Assembly (NCBI GenBank): GCA_023394875.1
Contig: JAEXAB010000003.1
Location: 364,334 to 428,333 of the forward strand
Source of the DNA: Bacillota bacterium
Lineage (GTDB): Bacteria; Bacillota; Clostridia; Christensenellales; DTU072
Length of the DNA stretch: 64,000 nucleotides
Direction: 5' to 3'
Shown: positions 59,472-64,000 of the stretch, one piece after another
Layout of the letters: each line of letters starts with the position of its first letter
Numbering within the stretch: position 1 is the first letter of the stretch
Translations under genes and position numbers: made by a program
The notes under the pieces: model-generated
Told to the model about the DNA's origin: nothing
Database searches by the model: none
What the model saw: only the letters and a program-made list of their open reading frames with translations

Positions 59472-60716
59472 ATGAGAAACGCAGGATTTAACGACGAAAA
59501 CGAAAGAAGAAGACTTAACCGAAAACTTATCCCATACAATTTGATAATTATATTAATATCGGTTGCTTGCGTGATATCTTTGGCAATGGGCACTTTTTGG
59601 AAATTCGGTATTGCCTATCAGATGCCAAAGGATATGATGAAAAACCTTTTGCAAAGTACCGGAGAGCCTCAACCGCTAGAAGAAGGCGCCGAAGACTTTT
59701 TTGAAAAAATCGATTTTGAAAGCATAGCGACTAATGCCAAATTCGAATTCGGGCTCACTATTAACCCCGACGTATTGTTTACCTCTTTATCGGGCGATAA
59801 TACGGCTACGGTCACTAAAGCTATCAATTCCGCCTCTTCGGAAATTGTCAAAAACGTAAATACCATTATTAAAAATATGTTCGCCGCAGGTATGAAACTT
59901 GCCGTAGCAATGGCGGTGGAAGAAGTGAACTCCGCTATTGAAGAAAGCGTGGATCAATTAAACCAACAAAGCGCAAACATAGATTTGTCGGGTATGGACA
60001 ATATTATTGACGAAATGCTAAGCGACAATCCCAACTCAACCCAAATAAAAGCCGACCTAATTGCTTTGGTAAACGCGCAGATAGATAACGCAACCGATCT
60101 TACCGAAGAACAAAAAAATCAGTTGAAAGCGGAAAGCGAAACCAACGTCGGAGATTTTTATGACAACATAGTGGAAGAATTCGGTGATGAAAACGGCTCA
60201 CTCCAACCGGTTAATATCGCCGCTTCTTTACTTGGAGACACTCTTAATATTAACGTAGAAGGCGGAAGCGGAGACGCTGCGGAAAATCTTTCTTTGGCGG
60301 TAACTAATAAAATTATGTCTTCTATGAACCCGGATACAATAAATAAAATAAGCTTGGTATTAAAAGGTATAGCTATATTCTTAGTTGTCGTTATGGCGGC
60401 TTGGGGGCTCCTTGCCTTAAAAGCGCTGTTGAAAATTTTCGCTAAAAACAAAGGCGTTGGTTTAGGTCTAGCTAGATTTCTTGGTTGGATACCTCACGTG
60501 TTGTTAGTTGGTCTTCCTATGCTGATAATTTTGCTGCTGCCAAAAATAATCGCCTCTGTTTCGTCGGAGCAATTTACTCAGTACGCCGAATATGCAAAGG
60601 GGCTGTCGCTGACGTTTAGCAGTATGACCTATATATCGGCGCTAGGTACTGTGGCGCTGATGCTTATTAATTGGTTCGGATACAAATCCACCAAGAAAAA
60701 GATAAAAAGATTATAA
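59472..60716 (+). CDS. Hypothetical membrane protein with a long acidic ectodomain
   Basis: The ATG at 59472 follows AAGGGAG. One N-terminal transmembrane segment, an acidic D/E/N-rich region of about 230 aa, then 3-4 C-terminal transmembrane segments. No motif recognised. Confidence 0.6.
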   Translation: MRNAGFNDENERRRLNRKLIPYNLIIILISVACVISLAMGTFWKFGIAYQMPKDMMKNLLQSTGEPQPLEEGAEDFFEKIDFESIATNAKFEFGLTINPDVLFTSLSGDNTATVTKAINSASSEIVKNVNTIIKNMFAAGMKLAVAMAVEEVNSAIEESVDQLNQQSANIDLSGMDNIIDEMLSDNPNSTQIKADLIALVNAQIDNATDLTEEQKNQLKAESETNVGDFYDNIVEEFGDENGSLQPVNIAASLLGDTLNINVEGGSGDAAENLSLAVTNKIMSSMNPDTINKISLVLKGIAIFLVVVMAAWGLLALKALLKIFAKNKGVGLGLARFLGWIPHVLLVGLPMLIILLLPKIIASVSSEQFTQYAEYAKGLSLTFSSMTYISALGTVALMLINWFGYKSTKKKIKRL

Positions 60717-60721
60717 AGATA

Positions 60722-60763
60722 AACCGCCATTACGAAAAAGAATGGCGGTTTTTAATTTTTTTT
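60722..60763 (+). terminator. Rho-independent terminator
   Basis: AACCGCCATT-(loop)-AATGGCGGTT followed by TTTAATTTTTTTT. Confidence 0.8.
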
Positions 60764-60835
60764 GTCGACAACCTCTTGACAAAATACATATTGATGTTAT
60801 TATGTATATAAACACATTATATATCGGAGGACAAA

Positions 60836-61165
60836 ATGGCAGTCAGCAGCGATATTTTACGCGGGCATACCGAAACCATCATTTTGCGACAGCTTCTTGA
60901 TAACGACAGCTACGGCTACGAGATAAGCAAGAATATTATCGAAATGGGCAAAGGCATGCTTGATATCAAGGACGCGACGATTTATACCGCTTGCCGTAGA
61001 ATGGAAAGCGACGGACTGATTGTCACTTACTGGGGAGAAGGTTTTGAGGGGGCGAGACGGAGATACTACTCAATAACCGAAGCAGGAAAAAAGTTCTACA
61101 ATGAAAAAGCAACAGAATGGCTGCAAGTTAGCAGTATCTTAAACAAACTTATTATTGGAGGGTAA
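60836..61165 (+). CDS. PadR family transcriptional regulator
   Basis: 109 aa; LRGHTETIILRQLLDNDSYGYEISKNI...YYSITEAGKKF is a typical PadR winged helix. Confidence 0.9.
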   Translation: MAVSSDILRGHTETIILRQLLDNDSYGYEISKNIIEMGKGMLDIKDATIYTACRRMESDGLIVTYWGEGFEGARRRYYSITEAGKKFYNEKATEWLQVSSILNKLIIGG

Positions 61166-61166
61166 A

Positions 61167-61940
61167 ATGTTACAAAGATTCCGCGCATTTTTGGAAATTG
61201 AATTCCGCTTTATCGCAAGCAGTAAAGAAGCGGACGCTTACAAGGCCGAGCTTTTGGACAATCTTATGGCGAGAGCCGACGACATGGTCAAAAACGGAGA
61301 AAAAGACGAAGACAAAATATACAAAAGCTGTATAGAACAATTGGGAGATTTCCGCGAGACTTTACAAAACTTCAAGAAGACAATCAACCCCAAGTTTCAG
61401 GCAAAACGCGCTATAAATTGCCTTATATACAGCCTTATTTTCGCGGTGCTGGTTGTGGGCGCCTACCTTGCGGTCAGCTTTACCAAAGCTATGCCCTGGT
61501 CAAATAGCTGGCTGATTTTGGTCTGTGGTTTCTTAGGCGGTATTGTTGTTGTTTCGGTATACGCCTGCGTAGTTCTTGTTATGAAAAAGAAATTCGCTCT
61601 TGGCCGTCCGTTTTTACACGTTGCCATAGTACTATCGGTGGTTGTGGCGTATCTTTGCTACTCTGTACTTACTCCCAACGTTTGGAAGACAAGCTGGCTA
61701 CTATTCCTTATTATGGCTATTTTGTCAACAGGTATCGAATGCATTTACGACTTCCTAACCGAAAGCAAGCTAGCTAATCTTAGTTTAATGGTCTTTATGC
61801 CGGTAGCTTTTTCCGTCGTTTACGTTATGCTCTGCCTGTCAAAAATGCTTACTTGGCATCCCTATTGGTTCATACCCGCTATTGCATTGGTATTTGACGT
61901 AGTATACGCCTTGATTTTGGTAAAAAGAAAATTAAAATAG
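61167..61940 (+). CDS. Membrane protein commonly paired with PadR (DUF1700 / permease-prefix-like)
   Basis: The ATG at 61167 follows GGAGGG. A soluble helical N-terminal domain is followed by about 5 transmembrane segments. It is adjacent to padR. Confidence 0.6.
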   Translation: MLQRFRAFLEIEFRFIASSKEADAYKAELLDNLMARADDMVKNGEKDEDKIYKSCIEQLGDFRETLQNFKKTINPKFQAKRAINCLIYSLIFAVLVVGAYLAVSFTKAMPWSNSWLILVCGFLGGIVVVSVYACVVLVMKKKFALGRPFLHVAIVLSVVVAYLCYSVLTPNVWKTSWLLFLIMAILSTGIECIYDFLTESKLANLSLMVFMPVAFSVVYVMLCLSKMLTWHPYWFIPAIALVFDVVYALILVKRKLK

Positions 61941-61941
61941 T

Positions 61942-62526
61942 ATGGAAAACAAAGAGGATTATAGAAAATGTCAAACTAGAAAAGCTCTTTTCGACACGAT
62001 ATTCCGACTTCTGGAAGACTACCAGATAGACGAATTAAGCGTTGTGGATATTTGCCGCGAAGCAAATATCCACCGCACCACTTTCTATTCTCACTTTGAG
62101 GATAAATATCATTTGGTTTACAGCGCCTTTCAAGAGTTACGGCAAAACTTATTCGACGGCTTTACCGAAAGGTCAAAGCATTTGTCCTTGATAGAATTAG
62201 CTAGACTTACCGCCGGAATTACCTTCGAATACGTGCAAAAACACTATATCAGAGTTTGCCGCATTTTTGCCACCAACAAAAACAACGCCGTGCAGGAAAT
62301 ATTGCGTAAAGTCGTAGAACGCAGTATAAACGATATGCTGCTTTACTACAAAGCAAAAGTGGAATACCGCCTTCCGATAAGCGTTATTTCGGGCTTTCTT
62401 GCAGGTGGTTTTATTAACCTTGGCATGATGTACTTCGGCAACAGCCACATGAAAATAAACAAGCAGGAACTAACCCACTACATAGACATAATCTTAGAAG
62501 AGGGCTTATATATCCCCGAGCAATAA
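61942..62526 (+). CDS. TetR/AcrR family transcriptional regulator
   Basis: 194 aa. The N-terminal helix-turn-helix reads LSVVDICREANIHRTTFYSHF. Confidence 0.88.
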   Translation: MENKEDYRKCQTRKALFDTIFRLLEDYQIDELSVVDICREANIHRTTFYSHFEDKYHLVYSAFQELRQNLFDGFTERSKHLSLIELARLTAGITFEYVQKHYIRVCRIFATNKNNAVQEILRKVVERSINDMLLYYKAKVEYRLPISVISGFLAGGFINLGMMYFGNSHMKINKQELTHYIDIILEEGLYIPEQ

Positions 62527-62602
62527 GTTTTTGTCAATATCAACACTATTTTGTTTGACAATTAACTAACATAAAACTATAATATTGTGGTAAATATAAC
62601 AT

Positions 62603-62679
62603 GCGCCATTAGCTCAACTGGATAGAGCGTTGGTCTACGGAACCAAAGGTTGGGGATTCGAGCTCCTCATGGCGCGCCA
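62603..62679 (+). tRNA. tRNA-Arg (anticodon ACG)
   Basis: Acceptor stem GCGCCAT/ATGGCGC, D-arm AGCTCAACTGGATAGAGC, anticodon stem-loop TTGGT-CTACGGA-ACCAA, T-loop TTCGAGC, encoded CCA. Confidence 0.93.
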
Positions 62680-62685
62680 AAAAAA

Positions 62686-62719
62686 GCAAGTACCCATTTT
62701 GGGTTGCTTGCTTTTTTTT
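62686..62719 (+). terminator. Rho-independent terminator after tRNA-Arg
   Basis: GCAAGTACCCA-TTTT-GGGTTGCTTGC followed by T8. Confidence 0.8.
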
Positions 62720-62861
62720 GTGCAGTGAGGGGCGAGAATCATCCAAGGGGATTCGCAAATTGCCCTGATAAGGGCAATCTGACCGTTGTAGACAATACTT
62801 AAAGAACAATACTCAACTATTAGCCGCAATTACTTAATGTACGAATAACACAAGTAAGGTG

Positions 62862-62877
62862 GCTCCTCATGGCGCGC
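62862..62877 (+). repeat. 16-nt direct copy of the tRNA-Arg 3' end (att-like)
   Basis: GCTCCTCATGGCGCGC at 62862-62877 is identical to 62662-62677 inside the tRNA. The offset is exactly 200 bp. Confidence 0.85.
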
Positions 62878-62884
62878 TTTTATT

Positions 62885-63673
62885 TTATCCAAACGCCACG
62901 TCAAGAACCATCATTACGGCAAAACCAGCCATAACGCCCCAAGTGCCTAGGTGAGGGCGTTCGGTAAGTCTGGCTTCGGGGATAATATCTTCGGCGACGA
63001 CGAAAATCATCGCTCCCGCCGCAAAGGAGAGAAGCCACGGTTGTAATACCGCTATGTACGCCGCCAAAAAATAACCGATTACGGCAAAAACAGGCTCCAC
63101 TATTCCGCTGCCCATGCCGTACAGGAAGGCTTTATTATTACTTTTCGTTATACTTTTCATAGGGAGAGAAAGGGCTGCGCCTTCGGGAAAGTTTTGTATG
63201 CCGATACCGATTGCCAAGCCTAATGCGGAAATATATGCGGCGTGATCCCCTATCATTGCCGCCGCGCCGAAAGCAAAGCCCACAGCTAAACCTTCGGGTA
63301 TATTATGAATTGTCACCGCCATAAATAATTTGGTGGTTTTTGTAAGTGAAGTATGCGGTCCTTCTTCTTCGTTGGTCCCTCTATGCATGTGAGGAATAAT
63401 TTTGTCTAAGAGCATTAAAAACATACCGCCGATAAGAAAACCTACCGCCGCAGGAGCAAAGTTGAATTTTCCGTAGCTTGAGGAACCTTCTATGGCAGGG
63501 ATTAATAATGACCAAACTGATGCGGCTATCATAATACCAGCGGCAAAGCCTAATAATACCGTGTTTAACTTTTCGGAAATTTCCTTTCTGAAAAAATATA
63601 CCGTCAAGGCGCCCAAGGACGTCATAACAAAGATAAAGGCTATTCCGAAAACGGTCAAAGCTGTATTGTTCAT
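62885..63673 (-). CDS. zupT: ZIP family metal transporter
   Basis: 262 aa with about 8 transmembrane segments. Contains HNIPEGLAVG and IGIQNFPEGAA, the ZIP/ZupT signature helices. Confidence 0.85.
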   Translation of the reverse strand: MNNTALTVFGIAFIFVMTSLGALTVYFFRKEISEKLNTVLLGFAAGIMIAASVWSLLIPAIEGSSSYGKFNFAPAAVGFLIGGMFLMLLDKIIPHMHRGTNEEEGPHTSLTKTTKLFMAVTIHNIPEGLAVGFAFGAAAMIGDHAAYISALGLAIGIGIQNFPEGAALSLPMKSITKSNNKAFLYGMGSGIVEPVFAVIGYFLAAYIAVLQPWLLSFAAGAMIFVVAEDIIPEARLTERPHLGTWGVMAGFAVMMVLDVAFG

Positions 63674-63747
63674 TATTTTCTCCTAATTTTTTTCCTATTA
63701 TATTTATTGTAACTAATATCTGCCATTATTTCAATGAGTAATATAAT

Positions 63748-63772
63748 AAAAAAGCGCCGAAAGTTCGGCGCT
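63748..63772 (-). terminator. Rho-independent terminator of pyrG
   Basis: The minus strand reads AGCGCCGAA-CTT-TCGGCGCT followed by TTTTTTATTAT. Confidence 0.75.
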
Positions 63773-63796
63773 GGAAAATTTACGATGTTCGTAAAT

Positions 63797-64000
63797 TTAT
63801 TTTTGGGCTCTTTTCAAGGCGGCGGCAACTAATCCTAAGAACAACGGATGGGCTCTGTTGGGGCGGCTCTTGAATTCGGGATGGAACTGCACTCCCACAA
63901 AAAAGTCATTATCGGGCAATTCTACGGTTTCCACAATTCTTTCATCGGGGGATGTACCGCTAATAACTAAGCCCGCCTTAATAAACTGCTCTCTGTAATC
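63797..64000 (-). CDS. pyrG: CTP synthase, C-terminal fragment (runs off right edge)
   Basis: The reverse complement translates ...[66 protein letters not shown], the conserved end of the PyrG glutaminase domain. Confidence 0.88.
   Translation of the reverse strand, partial: DYREQFIKAGLVISGTSPDERIVETVELPDNDFFVGVQFHPEFKSRPNRAHPLFLGLVAAALKRAQK

Overview
This 64-kb chromosomal window comes from a low-GC Firmicutes/Clostridia-type spore former: spoIIE, PFOR, NfnAB and a type-2 GalT are present, and GGAGG ribosome-binding sites are common. Most of it is housekeeping. It holds the start of the S10 ribosomal operon (rpsJ-rplC-rplD), galT-galK, pncB, dut, cysK, ilvE, nadK, nfnAB, tyrS, ileS, nifJ, the 3' end of pyrG, tRNA-Pro(CGG) and tRNA-Arg(ACG). 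About a quarter of the window encodes three BspA-type leucine-rich-repeat (LRR) lipoproteins of 1314, about 3390 and 526 aa. I found no CRISPR array, transposase, integrase, phage gene or recognisable defence system. The observations most worth follow-up are non-coding. (1) A dense, 10-bp-phased, head-to-tail array of DnaA-box 9-mers sits in a 520-bp gene-free region with no dnaA or dnaN nearby, next to nested inverted repeats. (2) A complete lipoprotein signal peptide lacks a start codon and lies directly after an A7 tract. (3) A 16-nt copy of the tRNA-Arg 3' end lies exactly 200 bp downstream of the gene. (4) A 13-nt inverted copy of the tRNA-Pro T-arm is followed by about 200 nt of ORF-free, hairpin-rich sequence. 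All functional assignments come from reading the translated ORFs and motifs by eye; no database search was run.
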